Shown: one piece after another, positions 46,959-56,949 of the stretch | Numbering within the stretch: position 1 is the first letter of the stretch | Layout: each line of letters opens with the position of its first letter | NCBI GenBank assembly: GCA_025363015.1 | Contig: JANYEQ010000069.1 | Span: 16,344 to 80,343 of the forward strand | Direction of reading: 5' to 3' | DNA from: Bacteroidota bacterium | GTDB lineage: Bacteria > Bacteroidota > Bacteroidia > B-17B0 > Aurantibacillaceae | Length of the DNA stretch: 64,000 nucleotides | Translations under genes and position numbers: made by a program | Notes under the pieces: model-generated | What the model was told of the DNA's origin: nothing | The model's input: only the letters and a program-made list of their open reading frames with translations | Databases searched by the model: none

Positions 46959-47366
46959 ATGATAACAGTAACTACAACAGTTAATTTACCTGCCCAAAAG
47001 GTATGGAGTTTTTGGAACGAAGCAAAGCACATTACCAAATGGTATAATGCTTCTGATGATTGGCATGCGCCTTTTGCCCAAAACGATTTAAGAGTAGGCG
47101 GTAAGTTTAAAACTACAATGGCTGCAAAAGATGGCAGTTTTCAATTTGATTTTGAAGGTGTTTATACTCACATAGAAGAATATAAAAAAATTGATATAAC
47201 CTTATTAGATAACCGTAAAATGAGTGTAGCATTTGAAGCGCTTGGTACACAAACTAAAATTACCGAAATGTTTGAACCCGAAACAGAAAACCCAATTGAA
47301 CTTCAACAAGGCGGGTGGCAAGCTATTTTAAATAATTTTAAAAAATACGCAGAGAATAATAATTAG
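46959..47366 (+). CDS. SRPBCC/AHSA1-like protein
   Basis: VWSFWNEAKHITKW, DLRVGGKF...MAAKDGSFQFDFEG, QQGGWQAILNNFKKY. Confidence 0.9.
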   Translation: MITVTTTVNLPAQKVWSFWNEAKHITKWYNASDDWHAPFAQNDLRVGGKFKTTMAAKDGSFQFDFEGVYTHIEEYKKIDITLLDNRKMSVAFEALGTQTKITEMFEPETENPIELQQGGWQAILNNFKKYAENNN

Positions 47367-47386
47367 TATTTTAGAAGTGTTTTTTA

Positions 47387-49654
47387 TTACTTTTTATTTT
47401 GCGCATCTACTACAGCAATAATTACCATGTTTACAATTTCGCGCACGCTACTTCCTAATTGCAATACGTGTACGGGCTTATTTAACCCCATTAATACTGG
47501 GCCTATAGCTTCTGCACCACCTAATTCTTGCATGAGTTTATAAGCAATGTTACCTGCTGCTAAATTTGGAAAAATAAAGGTGTTTACATCTTTATCTACC
47601 AAAGTACTAAACGGAAACTGTTCTTTTAATAAACTATTATTTGTGGCAAAATTGGCTTGCAAATCGCCATCTACAACTAAGCCTGGGTAGTTTTTGTGTA
47701 AAAGGCTAACTGCATTTTTAACTTTATTAGGTACATCGCCATCAGCACTACCAAAATTAGTATAGCTTAACATGGCCATACGTGGTATTATATTAAATTG
47801 CTTAACGGTATTAGCAGTTAGTACAGCAATATCAGCTAATTCTTGTGCTGTGGGATCCACATTCATGGTAGTATCTGCAAAAAAATAAGGTCCTTTTTTA
47901 GTCACCATAATGTATAAACCTGCCACTCGGCTAACATCTTTTTGCACACCAATTACTTCTAATGCCGGCTTTATGGGCTGAGCATACTTGCGGGTTAGGC
48001 CACTAATCATCGCATCAGCCACACCTGTTTCTATTAACATAGCGCCGTAGTAATTTCTATCACGCATTAGCTTTCGGGCGTCGTATTGTGTTAAACCCCG
48101 GCGCTGACGTTTTTTCCATAATAAATCACCAAATTCATCGCGTTGATTTTCGTTTTCTAGTAACGGGTCGATGATGGTCATCTCTGCCAAATCAATACTA
48201 TTTTCTTCAGCAATTTTTATAATTTTTGTTTTATTGCCTAAAAGTATTGGTTTTGCAATACCCTCATCGCGCACTACCTGTGCAGCTTTTAAAATTTTAT
48301 AGGTATCGGCTTCGCTAAAAACAACGCGTTTAGGATTGTTTTTTGCTTTGTTACCAAGACTGCGCATTAATTTATTATCTTTTCCTAAACGGTTTTCTAA
48401 CTCTAATTTATATGCGTCCCAATCGGTAATTTTATATTTAGCAACACCACTGTCAATTGCAGCTTTGGCAACAGCTGATGATACAGCCGAAATTAGACGG
48501 TTATCAATAGGTTTTGGTATAATATAATCGGTACCAAAACTTAGGTTTTTTGAACCATAGGCTAAGTTTACATAATCGGGTACGTTTTCTTTTGCAAGTG
48601 CGGCTATGGCTAAAGCGGCAGCCAGCTTCATTTCTTCGTTAATAGTGGTGGCACGCACATCTAAAGCGCCTCTAAAAATAAATGGAAAGCCTAATACGTT
48701 ATTTACTTGATTAGGATGATCGCTACGGCCTGTAGCCACAATAATATCAGGGCGAGCCGCCAAAGCATCTTCGTAACTAATTTCGGGTGTAGGATTAGCT
48801 AATGCAAACACAATACAATTTGGCGCCATAGAGCGAACCATATCTTGCGTTAAAATATTACCTTTTGATAAACCAACAAATACATCGGCACCTTTAATGG
48901 CTTCGGGTAAAGTATTTACTTTTATATTATCTGAAGCAAAAAAAGTTTTGTATTCATCAAGGTCAGTTCGATTTTTATTTATAACGCCTTTGCTATCTAA
49001 CATTAGAATATTTTCTTTTTTTACACCCACCGCAATGTACATTTTGGCACAAGAGTTAGCCGAAGCACCAGCACCATTAATTACCAACTTTATTTCACTC
49101 ATTTTTTTGCCCGAAATTTCTACAGCATTTAGTAAGCCAGCTGAAGAGATAATGGCTGTACCGTGCTGGTCGTCGTGCATTAAAGGAATGTTTAATACTT
49201 CTTTTAAACGGCGTTCAATTTCAAAACATTCGGGGGCTTTAATATCTTCTAAATTAATACCACCAAAAGTAGGAGCTATGTTTTTTACGGTATTTACAAA
49301 CTCATCAATATTTTTAGTATCTACCTCAATATCAAACACATCAATATCTGCAAATATTTTAAAAAGTAGGCCTTTGCCTTCCATTACTGGTTTTGATGCC
49401 AATGCACCAATATCGCCCAAGCCTAATACCGCAGTACCATTGCTTATTACGGCTACTAAATTACCTTTAGCTGTATATTTATAAGCATCTTCGGGGTTTT
49501 TCTCAATTTCTAAACAAGGTTCGGCTACGCCAGGACTATAAGCCAATGTTAAATCGTGCTGTGTACTATAGGGTTTTGTGGGGATTACTTCTATTTTACC
49601 CGGACGACCTTGCGAGTGATAATCAAGAGCATCTTGTTTTCTAAATTTTGCCAT
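47387..49654 (-). CDS. maeB: NADP-dependent malic enzyme with PTA-like C-terminal domain
   Basis: LAYSPGVA, SNGTAVLGLG, INLEDI, HDDQHGT, GRSDHPNQVNNVLGFP, FADT, FPNLAAGNIAYKL. Confidence 0.97.
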   Translation of the reverse strand: MAKFRKQDALDYHSQGRPGKIEVIPTKPYSTQHDLTLAYSPGVAEPCLEIEKNPEDAYKYTAKGNLVAVISNGTAVLGLGDIGALASKPVMEGKGLLFKIFADIDVFDIEVDTKNIDEFVNTVKNIAPTFGGINLEDIKAPECFEIERRLKEVLNIPLMHDDQHGTAIISSAGLLNAVEISGKKMSEIKLVINGAGASANSCAKMYIAVGVKKENILMLDSKGVINKNRTDLDEYKTFFASDNIKVNTLPEAIKGADVFVGLSKGNILTQDMVRSMAPNCIVFALANPTPEISYEDALAARPDIIVATGRSDHPNQVNNVLGFPFIFRGALDVRATTINEEMKLAAALAIAALAKENVPDYVNLAYGSKNLSFGTDYIIPKPIDNRLISAVSSAVAKAAIDSGVAKYKITDWDAYKLELENRLGKDNKLMRSLGNKAKNNPKRVVFSEADTYKILKAAQVVRDEGIAKPILLGNKTKIIKIAEENSIDLAEMTIIDPLLENENQRDEFGDLLWKKRQRRGLTQYDARKLMRDRNYYGAMLIETGVADAMISGLTRKYAQPIKPALEVIGVQKDVSRVAGLYIMVTKKGPYFFADTTMNVDPTAQELADIAVLTANTVKQFNIIPRMAMLSYTNFGSADGDVPNKVKNAVSLLHKNYPGLVVDGDLQANFATNNSLLKEQFPFSTLVDKDVNTFIFPNLAAGNIAYKLMQELGGAEAIGPVLMGLNKPVHVLQLGSSVREIVNMVIIAVVDAQNKK

Positions 49655-49728
49655 ATTAAAATCTGTATAAAAAAGCGAAAAACGAAGGTAACATTTTTTT
49701 ATTGATGCTTTAATCTATTAAATACAAT

Positions 49729-49736
49729 TATCTTTG
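49729..49736 (+). promoter_or_regulatory. -7 element (TATCTTTG) for the MATE gene
   Basis: TATCTTTGC lies 11 nt before the ATG at 49748. Confidence 0.5.
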
Positions 49737-49747
49737 CGCCGCTTTTT

Positions 49748-51091
49748 ATGATCGCATCGTTTTTTAAAAATACACACACCAAACAAACGCTAAATTTAGC
49801 TTGGCCACTTGTAATTACTCAAGTAGGTCATATTGTAGTGGGTATAGTTGATACTGTTTTTTTAGGGAAAATTGGTCCGACAGAACAGGCAGCCTGTATT
49901 TTAAGTAATAATTTATATGTTTTAATTTTAGTATTTAGTATTGGTGTAAGTTATGCTACCACGCCTTTGGTTACTAACGCTCACCAAACTAACGATGTGT
50001 TAAAAAAGGCATCGTTGTTTAAAAACTCGTTATTTTTAAATTTTTCGGTAGCTTGTGCGTGCTTTTTAGTTTTGTTTTTTTTATCAGGCACCTTACGATA
50101 TATGCAGCAGCCAGAGCAAGTTGTAAGTTTAGCTATTCCGTTTTACGATGTGTTAATTTTTTCGATGATTCCGGTTTCGTTATTTTTTACCTGCAAGCAA
50201 TATTGCGAAGGGCTAAGTAATACCAAAATGGCATTAATTATAAGTGTGGTAGGTAATTTAATAAATATTGTTTTAAACTATATGTTAATTTATGGGCACT
50301 GTGGTTTGCCAAAAATGGGTTATATGGGTTCGGCATGGGCATCATTTATTGCAAGAATGGCAATGGGTGTAGGCTTTTTAATTTTAATTTTTAAATCGCC
50401 TATTACTAAAGAAATTAGTAGCGTATATAAACAGGTAAAATTAAATTTTGTTGATTTAAAACAATTAGCAAAAATAGGGCTAAATGCTGGTTTACAATTT
50501 ACTTTTGAAGTGGCTGCCTTTGCCATTGCTGGTTTAATGGCTGGTGTGTTTGGTAAAGAGCAAATTGATGCACATGGTATCGCCTTACATTTAGCTGCAT
50601 TTACCTATATGTTTGGTAGCGGTATTAGTAGCGCCACTACTATACGCATTGGCATATACATGAGTCAAAAAAATTGGCAATTAATAAAAGAAGCAGGTTT
50701 TACTTCCTTAAAACTAGTATTAATAACTATGGGTGTTTTTAGTATAGCTTTTTTATTACTAAATACTATTTTACCCTTGGCATTTAGTAACCAAAAAGAA
50801 ATTATAGACTTAGCCTCAAAACTATTATTAATTGCAGCTTTGTTTCAATTATTTGATGGTACACAGGTAACATTAATTGGCATTTTAAGAGGCTTAGAAG
50901 ATGTAAAAATGCCAACTATTATTACCTTAATTGGATATTGGTTAATTGCACTACCCTTAGCCTATTTTTTAGCCTTTGTTTTAAAACTAGAAACCATTGG
51001 CATTTGGATTGCTTTACTAACAAGTTTAATTTTTGTAGCGGTAGCTTTATTTTTACGTTTTAAATTTTTATTGAAAAAAAATGGAGTGTAA
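49748..51091 (+). CDS. MATE family efflux transporter (NorM-like)
   Basis: LAWPLVITQ, DTVFLG, NYMLIYG..GLP.MG..GSAWA, FDGTQV...GILRG.EDVK.P; about 12 TM segments. Confidence 0.93.
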   Translation: MIASFFKNTHTKQTLNLAWPLVITQVGHIVVGIVDTVFLGKIGPTEQAACILSNNLYVLILVFSIGVSYATTPLVTNAHQTNDVLKKASLFKNSLFLNFSVACACFLVLFFLSGTLRYMQQPEQVVSLAIPFYDVLIFSMIPVSLFFTCKQYCEGLSNTKMALIISVVGNLINIVLNYMLIYGHCGLPKMGYMGSAWASFIARMAMGVGFLILIFKSPITKEISSVYKQVKLNFVDLKQLAKIGLNAGLQFTFEVAAFAIAGLMAGVFGKEQIDAHGIALHLAAFTYMFGSGISSATTIRIGIYMSQKNWQLIKEAGFTSLKLVLITMGVFSIAFLLLNTILPLAFSNQKEIIDLASKLLLIAALFQLFDGTQVTLIGILRGLEDVKMPTIITLIGYWLIALPLAYFLAFVLKLETIGIWIALLTSLIFVAVALFLRFKFLLKKNGV

Positions 51092-51218
51092 GTATCGTAA
51101 CGCTCTACCATTTATACCTTAACTAAACCCGTTTAACAAAAACAAATAACCGTACTTAATGATAATGTTAATAACAATTAATTGCTTTTTATATTCGTAA
51201 AAAACTAAAATTTAAATT

Positions 51219-52463
51219 ATGAAGAAACTACTATTTATTTTAATTACACTATTAAGTACTTTTGGTTTTGCACAAACCTACCAAACAGGTACAATTACTT
51301 TAACCTTTAATGACGCTAGTAGAACAGGCGGCTTTGGTAGCGGTGGCGGAGCAGGTAGGCAAATACAAACCGAAGTGTATTACCCAGCTACAGTTGCAGG
51401 TTCTAATGTTGCTGTGTCTAGTGGATCTTTTCCGGTTGTGGTAATTGGACATGGTTTTGTTATGACGTGGGATAGCTATGATAATATTTATTCTTCGCTT
51501 ACAAAGCAAGGTTATATTGTTGCATTGCCTCGTACCGAAGGTGGTTTTAGCCCTTCACATAACGATTTTGGTTTAGATGAAGCCGTAGTTGCAAATAAAT
51601 TATTACAGCTAAATACTACAAATACTTTGGCTCCCATTTTTATAGGCAAAGTTGTCCAAAAATCAGCAATTGGCGGTCATTCGATGGGCGGCGGTGCCTC
51701 ATTTTTAGGCGCTTCAAATAATTCATCTATTACCTGTTTATTTAACTTTGCAGCGGCGCAAACAAATCCACGCTCGTCGCAAGCAGCAAAAACAATTACA
51801 GTACCCACACTTATTATTGGTGGCGAAAAAGATTGTGTGGCACCTAGTGCCGCTAATCAAAATACAATGTGGGATAGCACAGCATCTAGCAAAAAATTTG
51901 AAGTTGTTATTAAAAACATAACTCATTGCGATTTTGGAAATGGCATAAATACTAATTGTGTTTTTGGACAAAATTCTAGTGGCTGTGCCAGTACAGTAAC
52001 TAATACCTTAGCATTAAAATTATATATGAATTTTTTAAATCCGTTTTTGGCTGCCAATTTAAAAAATGATTGTATTGAAGCCACCCGTTTTATGGATAGT
52101 ATTAATTTGTCGCAAGTAATTTTTAGTAAAAAAATATTAGGGAGCATGGCCTGTGTTGCAACTGGATTAAGTAAATATACTATTAACGATAGAGTGTTTG
52201 TATATCCAAATCCAACATCAGAAATTTTAAATGTTGAATTAGATTCTTCAATAAGCTCAGGACAGGGAGTGATAAATAGACAATCATCAACTAACAACTA
52301 TCAATTAATAATTTTTAATGCTCTAGGGCAACTGATTCAAACAACCTCTACCCAACAATCAAAAACCTTTTTAAATATTAAAGAATTAAATAATGGCATT
52401 TACTTTTTACACATTTACAAAAACACTAGCTTAATTGAAACAAAAAAAATAATTAAAGAATAA
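51219..52463 (+). CDS. Secreted alpha/beta hydrolase (cutinase/chlorophyllase-like) with T9SS C-terminal domain
   Basis: Signal peptide; GHGF oxyanion loop, GHSMGGG nucleophile, GGEKDCVAP (Asp), ITHCDF (His); CTD VYPNPTSE...NNGIYFLHI...KKIIK. Confidence 0.88.
   Translation: MKKLLFILITLLSTFGFAQTYQTGTITLTFNDASRTGGFGSGGGAGRQIQTEVYYPATVAGSNVAVSSGSFPVVVIGHGFVMTWDSYDNIYSSLTKQGYIVALPRTEGGFSPSHNDFGLDEAVVANKLLQLNTTNTLAPIFIGKVVQKSAIGGHSMGGGASFLGASNNSSITCLFNFAAAQTNPRSSQAAKTITVPTLIIGGEKDCVAPSAANQNTMWDSTASSKKFEVVIKNITHCDFGNGINTNCVFGQNSSGCASTVTNTLALKLYMNFLNPFLAANLKNDCIEATRFMDSINLSQVIFSKKILGSMACVATGLSKYTINDRVFVYPNPTSEILNVELDSSISSGQGVINRQSSTNNYQLIIFNALGQLIQTTSTQQSKTFLNIKELNNGIYFLHIYKNTSLIETKKIIKE
52246..52308 (+). 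repeat. REP-like remnant plus four imperfect heptamer repeats inside the T9SS CTD
   Basis: CTTCAATAAGCTCAGGACAGG (52246-52266), then CAATCAT CAACTAA CAACTAT CAATTAA (52281-52308); the region encodes SISSGQGVINRQSSTNNYQL. Confidence 0.5.
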
Positions 52464-52492
52464 ATTATCTGCAAAAAATTAATTAATTTAAT

Positions 52493-52523
52493 AGTCTGTT
52501 TAGTGGTATAAACAGACTTTTTT
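52493..52523 (+). terminator. Rho-independent terminator after the hydrolase gene
   Basis: AGTCTGTTTA-GTGGTA-TAAACAGACT followed by a T tract. Confidence 0.8.
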
Positions 52524-52548
52524 ATTTACAACAATTAAACTTCTAATA

Positions 52549-53388
52549 ATGAAACTTTACTCTATAAACGCTGGGCATTTTAAATTAGATGGTGGCGCTA
52601 TGTTTGGCGTAGTACCTAAAAGTATTTGGCATAAACTTAACCCTGCAGATGATAATAATATGTGCAGCTGGGCATTACGCTGTTTATTAATTGAGGAAGG
52701 TAACCGTTTAATATTAATAGATACCGGAATGGGCACTAAACAAAATGATAAATTTTTTGGTTACTATTTTTTACACGGAAATGATACACTCGAAAAATCG
52801 CTAAACAAATATGGCTTTACCCATAACGATATTACTGATGTTGTTTTAACACATTTACATTTTGATCATTGCGGTGGCGCCATCAATTACAATGATGATA
52901 AAACACTATTAACCCCAGCCTTTAAAAATGCTACTTATTACAGCAACCAAAAGCATTGGAATTGGGCTTTAACCCCTAATGTTAGGGAGAAAGCTAGCTT
53001 TTTAAAAGAAAACATTTTACCAATACAAGAAAGTGGTCAGTTAAAATTTATTGATGAAACTACGGAATTAATTAAAGGTGTAAATTTTATAGAAGTAAAT
53101 GGGCATACCGAAGCAATGATGTTACCATTAATACACTATAAAAATACAACCATTGCATATATGGCCGATTTAATACCAAGTGCCGCACATTTACCACTAC
53201 CTTATGTAATGGCTTACGATATGCGCCCACTACAAACTTTAACAGAAAAGCAAACTATTTTAAATAAAGCCATAGATAATAATTGGACTTTATTTTTTGA
53301 ACACGACCCCAACGTTGAGTGTATTACTATACAGCGCACCGAAAAAGGAATTAGCAAAAAAGATACTTTGTTGTTATCGGAAGTTTAG
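52549..53388 (+). CDS. MBL-fold metallo-hydrolase (YtnP-like)
   Basis: LDGGAMFGVVPK, LIDTG, THLHFDHCGG, GHT, MADLIP, FEHDP. Confidence 0.92.
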   Translation: MKLYSINAGHFKLDGGAMFGVVPKSIWHKLNPADDNNMCSWALRCLLIEEGNRLILIDTGMGTKQNDKFFGYYFLHGNDTLEKSLNKYGFTHNDITDVVLTHLHFDHCGGAINYNDDKTLLTPAFKNATYYSNQKHWNWALTPNVREKASFLKENILPIQESGQLKFIDETTELIKGVNFIEVNGHTEAMMLPLIHYKNTTIAYMADLIPSAAHLPLPYVMAYDMRPLQTLTEKQTILNKAIDNNWTLFFEHDPNVECITIQRTEKGISKKDTLLLSEV

Positions 53389-53389
53389 T

Positions 53390-53956
53390 TTATTTATTAT
53401 TAAACTCATTCATACAGCGCTGCAAGCCAATAAAACTAAAGGCTTTAATGGCATCGGTACAAATTTTAATACGTTGGTTTAGTGTTTTTAGCTCTTCTTC
53501 GTTCCATTTACCCAATACATAATTTACTTGCGCGCCTTTGTTAAACTCGTTACTAATCCCAAAGCGTAACCTCGGATAATTAGTTGTAGTTAATGTTTCT
53601 TGAATACTTTTTAAGCCATTGTGTCCGCCATCACTTCCTTTTGGCCCTATTCTAATTTTACCAAAAGGCAAGGCTAATTCATCTACTAAAACCAAGGTAT
53701 TTTCAATATCAATTTTTTCGGTTTGTTGCCAATAATTTACAGCCTTACCGCTTAAATTCATATACGTAGTAGGTTTTATTAAAATTAAGGTTTTGCCTTT
53801 GTGCTTTAATTCAGCTACATCAGCCAAACGGCCTGAGGTAAATTTAATACCATGTTCGTTTGCTAAACAATCAACTATCTTAAAGCCAATATTATGGCGC
53901 GTTTCGGTATACTCATCGCCAATATTTCCCAATCCAACTATTAAAAATTTACTCAT
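53390..53956 (-). CDS. pth: Peptidyl-tRNA hydrolase
   Basis: LIVGLGN, TRHNIGF, KPTTYMNLSG, GSDGGHNGLKSI, RLRFGI. Confidence 0.97.
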   Translation of the reverse strand: MSKFLIVGLGNIGDEYTETRHNIGFKIVDCLANEHGIKFTSGRLADVAELKHKGKTLILIKPTTYMNLSGKAVNYWQQTEKIDIENTLVLVDELALPFGKIRIGPKGSDGGHNGLKSIQETLTTTNYPRLRFGISNEFNKGAQVNYVLGKWNEEELKTLNQRIKICTDAIKAFSFIGLQRCMNEFNNK

Positions 53957-54038
53957 TTAATGATGTAAAAATACTATATAAAAATAAAGTAATTTGTTTT
54001 TATATATTATGTCTTTAGTTTAACTTTGAGTTTTTGTA

Positions 54039-54938
54039 ATGAACGAATTTAGAGAATCTTTACTTGTACTTATCTCCGTACCCATTTACGCACTTGTAAT
54101 TGGCTTTGAGTTTTTTTATTCATATTTCAAACAAAAAGGCTTGTACTCCTCTAAAGGCTTGTTAAGCAATATTTACTTAACGGCTTTAAATATGGGTTTA
54201 GATATTTTGGTACGTGGCTTCTGTTTAGTTATTTTAAATTATTTTTTTAAATTTAAATTTATCGATTTATCGTTTAACACCATAATTTATTGGAGTATAT
54301 TAGTGTTGTGTGAAGATTTTATGTACTATTGGTTACATCGTATTGACCATTACTGCCGTTTTTTTTGGGCGGTGCATGTGACGCATCATAGTAGTGAGGA
54401 ATTTAATTTAACAGTAGGTTTTCGGTCTTCTGTTTTTCAACCTTTATACCGTTTTATTTATTTTATTCCTTTATCATTTATAGGATTTAAGGGTATTGAT
54501 ATTATGTTTGCCTACAGCGCCACTCAAATATTTGGAATTTTAGTGCATACTCAAGCCGTTAATAAATTAGGTTTTTTAGAGTATATTATTGTAACCCCCT
54601 CGCACCATCGTGTGCACCATGGCAGTAATGTTAGATACTTGGATAAAAACATGGGGATGCTTTTAATTGTGTGGGATAAGTTGTTTGGTACCTTTCAAAA
54701 AGAAGAAGAGAGCGACCCAGTTAAATATGGTTTAACAACAAACATAAATACTTACAACCCTGTAACACTCGTTTTTCACGAATGGAAAAGTATTATAAAA
54801 GATTTAAAAAAGAAATGTTCGCCGCTTCAAAAGTTGGGTTATGTTTTTGGTCCGCCAGGCTGGAGCCATGATGGCAGTACCAAAACGGGTAGGCAATTAA
54901 GAGCAGAATTGAAGATGAAAGAAAATAAAATAAATTAA
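54039..54938 (+). CDS. Sterol desaturase / fatty-acid hydroxylase family protein (AGMO-like)
   Basis: His boxes YYWLHRIDH, WAVHVTHHSS, ILVHT and TPSHHRVHHG; WDKLFGTF. Confidence 0.9.
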   Translation: MNEFRESLLVLISVPIYALVIGFEFFYSYFKQKGLYSSKGLLSNIYLTALNMGLDILVRGFCLVILNYFFKFKFIDLSFNTIIYWSILVLCEDFMYYWLHRIDHYCRFFWAVHVTHHSSEEFNLTVGFRSSVFQPLYRFIYFIPLSFIGFKGIDIMFAYSATQIFGILVHTQAVNKLGFLEYIIVTPSHHRVHHGSNVRYLDKNMGMLLIVWDKLFGTFQKEEESDPVKYGLTTNINTYNPVTLVFHEWKSIIKDLKKKCSPLQKLGYVFGPPGWSHDGSTKTGRQLRAELKMKENKIN

Positions 54939-56875
54939 TGTCAGATACTTCAGCCATCCTTCGTCTTAAAAAATTAAAACAATTACTGATAATTGAACGT
55001 GAGGAAGATTATTACCAATACAAAGAACAATTTTTAAAAGCGAGCATTGAAAACCGTCGTAAAAATGGTGTGACTTGGTATCCTATAAAAATTAATAGCG
55101 AAGAATTAGGCTATGCCGATTTATTACAATTAGAAGTGGAGCGAACAACCCACATTGATTTTGCTCACCAATTTGGTAGTGGAAAAAACATTACTTTATT
55201 CTCAAACCAAAACAATAATCAAACCTTTGAAATTAATGGTACCATAAAAGCGTCGCAAAAAAATAAATTAAAAATTTTAATACATAGCGATGAGTTGCCC
55301 GATTGGTGTTATGAAGGCAAACTTGGTATTAATATTCAGTTTGACGATAATAGCTATAACGAAATGCAAAAAGCGTTAGATGAAGTTATAAAAGCCGACA
55401 ACAATAGAGTAGCGGAATTAAGAGAAATTTTAGAAGGGAATGCAGCATTTACATTTAATAAAATTGACGAAACAATAATTGTTCCTCAACTCAACCTTTC
55501 TCAAAATCGTGCTATCCGAAAAACATTAGCCGCTAACGAGGTATCTGTTATTCATGGGCCACCAGGTACAGGTAAAACTACTACGTTGGTAAATGCTATT
55601 CGTATTTGTTTGCAAGCCGAAAGCCAGGTTTTAGTATGCGCACCAACTAATACAGCAGTAGATTTATTAACCGAAAAATTATTAGAATTAGGTATAACCG
55701 TTTTACGTTTGGGGCATCCCGCACGTATTTCTGAGGACTTAATTAAATCTTCTGTTGATGGGCAATTACAACAACACAAAAATTTTCACGAAATAAAAAA
55801 TCTTCGAAAAAATGCCGAAGAGTATTTTAAAATGGCTGGTAAATACAAGCGTGTGTTTGGTAAAGAAGATGCCCAACAACGTACCGCCTTCTATACAGAA
55901 GCAAAAAATTGTTTGCGAGAAGCACGGTTATTAGAAGATTATATTATTGACGATTTATTTAACAACGTACAAGTCATTTGTTGCACGCCAGTTGCATCCA
56001 CTAATCGCGCGTTAAATAAAAAAAGATTTAATACCTTATTTTTTGATGAAGCCTCGCAGGCACTCGAACCAATGGTTTGGATTCCGCTTTTAAAATGTAA
56101 ACGTTTGGTTTTAAGCGGCGACCATTTTCAATTACCACCTGTAGTAAAAAATTTACAAGCACAAAAAGAAGGCTTGGGCGAAACGCTTTTAGACCGCTGC
56201 ATAAAATTTGAAAATGCTGTAAGCCTTTTAAATAAGCAGTACCGAATGAATTCGCCCATTATGACGTTTAGTAATTCCTACTTTTATAATAACGAATTGC
56301 AAGCCGACGATACTGTAAAAGATAGCGTTTTAGCGGATGTGGACGATGAATCGTTTTTTAATAAGCCTATTGAATTTATTGATACCGCAGGCTGTAGTTT
56401 TGATGAGGCGCAAAACCCGGAAACCCTGAGTAGTTATAATACTGGCGAGGGTAATTTAGTATTTAAGCATTTAACCCAATTATTAAATTGGTACACCCAA
56501 TTAAATTATACTACGGCTATTGATATTGGTGTAATTTCGCCCTACAAAGAGCAAGTAAATTGGTTAAAAGAAAACAGAACAGAGCATGAGTTTCCCTCTG
56601 AAAAAATTTCAGAATTTAGAATTAAAACCATTGATGGTTTTCAAGGTGAAGAGTGCGATATTATTTACATAAGTTTAGTACGTAGTAATACCGAACAACA
56701 AATTGGTTTTTTAAGTGATATTAGAAGGATGAATGTAGCCATTACCAGAGCTAAAAAAAAGTTAGTAATTATTGGTGATAGCGCTACAATTGGTAACCAT
56801 CCATTTTATAAATCGTTTATTGATTATTGCGAAAAAAATAATTATTACAGAAGTGCATGGGAGTTTTCCGAATAA
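54938..56875 (+). CDS. SF1 helicase, UPF1/IGHMBP2-like
   Basis: GPPGTGKTT, CAPTNTAVD, DEASQ, GDHFQLPP, QYRM, TIDGFQGEE, RRMNVAITRAKKKL. Confidence 0.93.
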   Translation: MSDTSAILRLKKLKQLLIIEREEDYYQYKEQFLKASIENRRKNGVTWYPIKINSEELGYADLLQLEVERTTHIDFAHQFGSGKNITLFSNQNNNQTFEINGTIKASQKNKLKILIHSDELPDWCYEGKLGINIQFDDNSYNEMQKALDEVIKADNNRVAELREILEGNAAFTFNKIDETIIVPQLNLSQNRAIRKTLAANEVSVIHGPPGTGKTTTLVNAIRICLQAESQVLVCAPTNTAVDLLTEKLLELGITVLRLGHPARISEDLIKSSVDGQLQQHKNFHEIKNLRKNAEEYFKMAGKYKRVFGKEDAQQRTAFYTEAKNCLREARLLEDYIIDDLFNNVQVICCTPVASTNRALNKKRFNTLFFDEASQALEPMVWIPLLKCKRLVLSGDHFQLPPVVKNLQAQKEGLGETLLDRCIKFENAVSLLNKQYRMNSPIMTFSNSYFYNNELQADDTVKDSVLADVDDESFFNKPIEFIDTAGCSFDEAQNPETLSSYNTGEGNLVFKHLTQLLNWYTQLNYTTAIDIGVISPYKEQVNWLKENRTEHEFPSEKISEFRIKTIDGFQGEECDIIYISLVRSNTEQQIGFLSDIRRMNVAITRAKKKLVIIGDSATIGNHPFYKSFIDYCEKNNYYRSAWEFSE

Positions 56876-56949
56876 AATTACGTTTAACTATTTGATTAAG
56901 CATTTATTAACTAATTTTAGTAAGCAATTATGTTTATTTTTACACCGTT

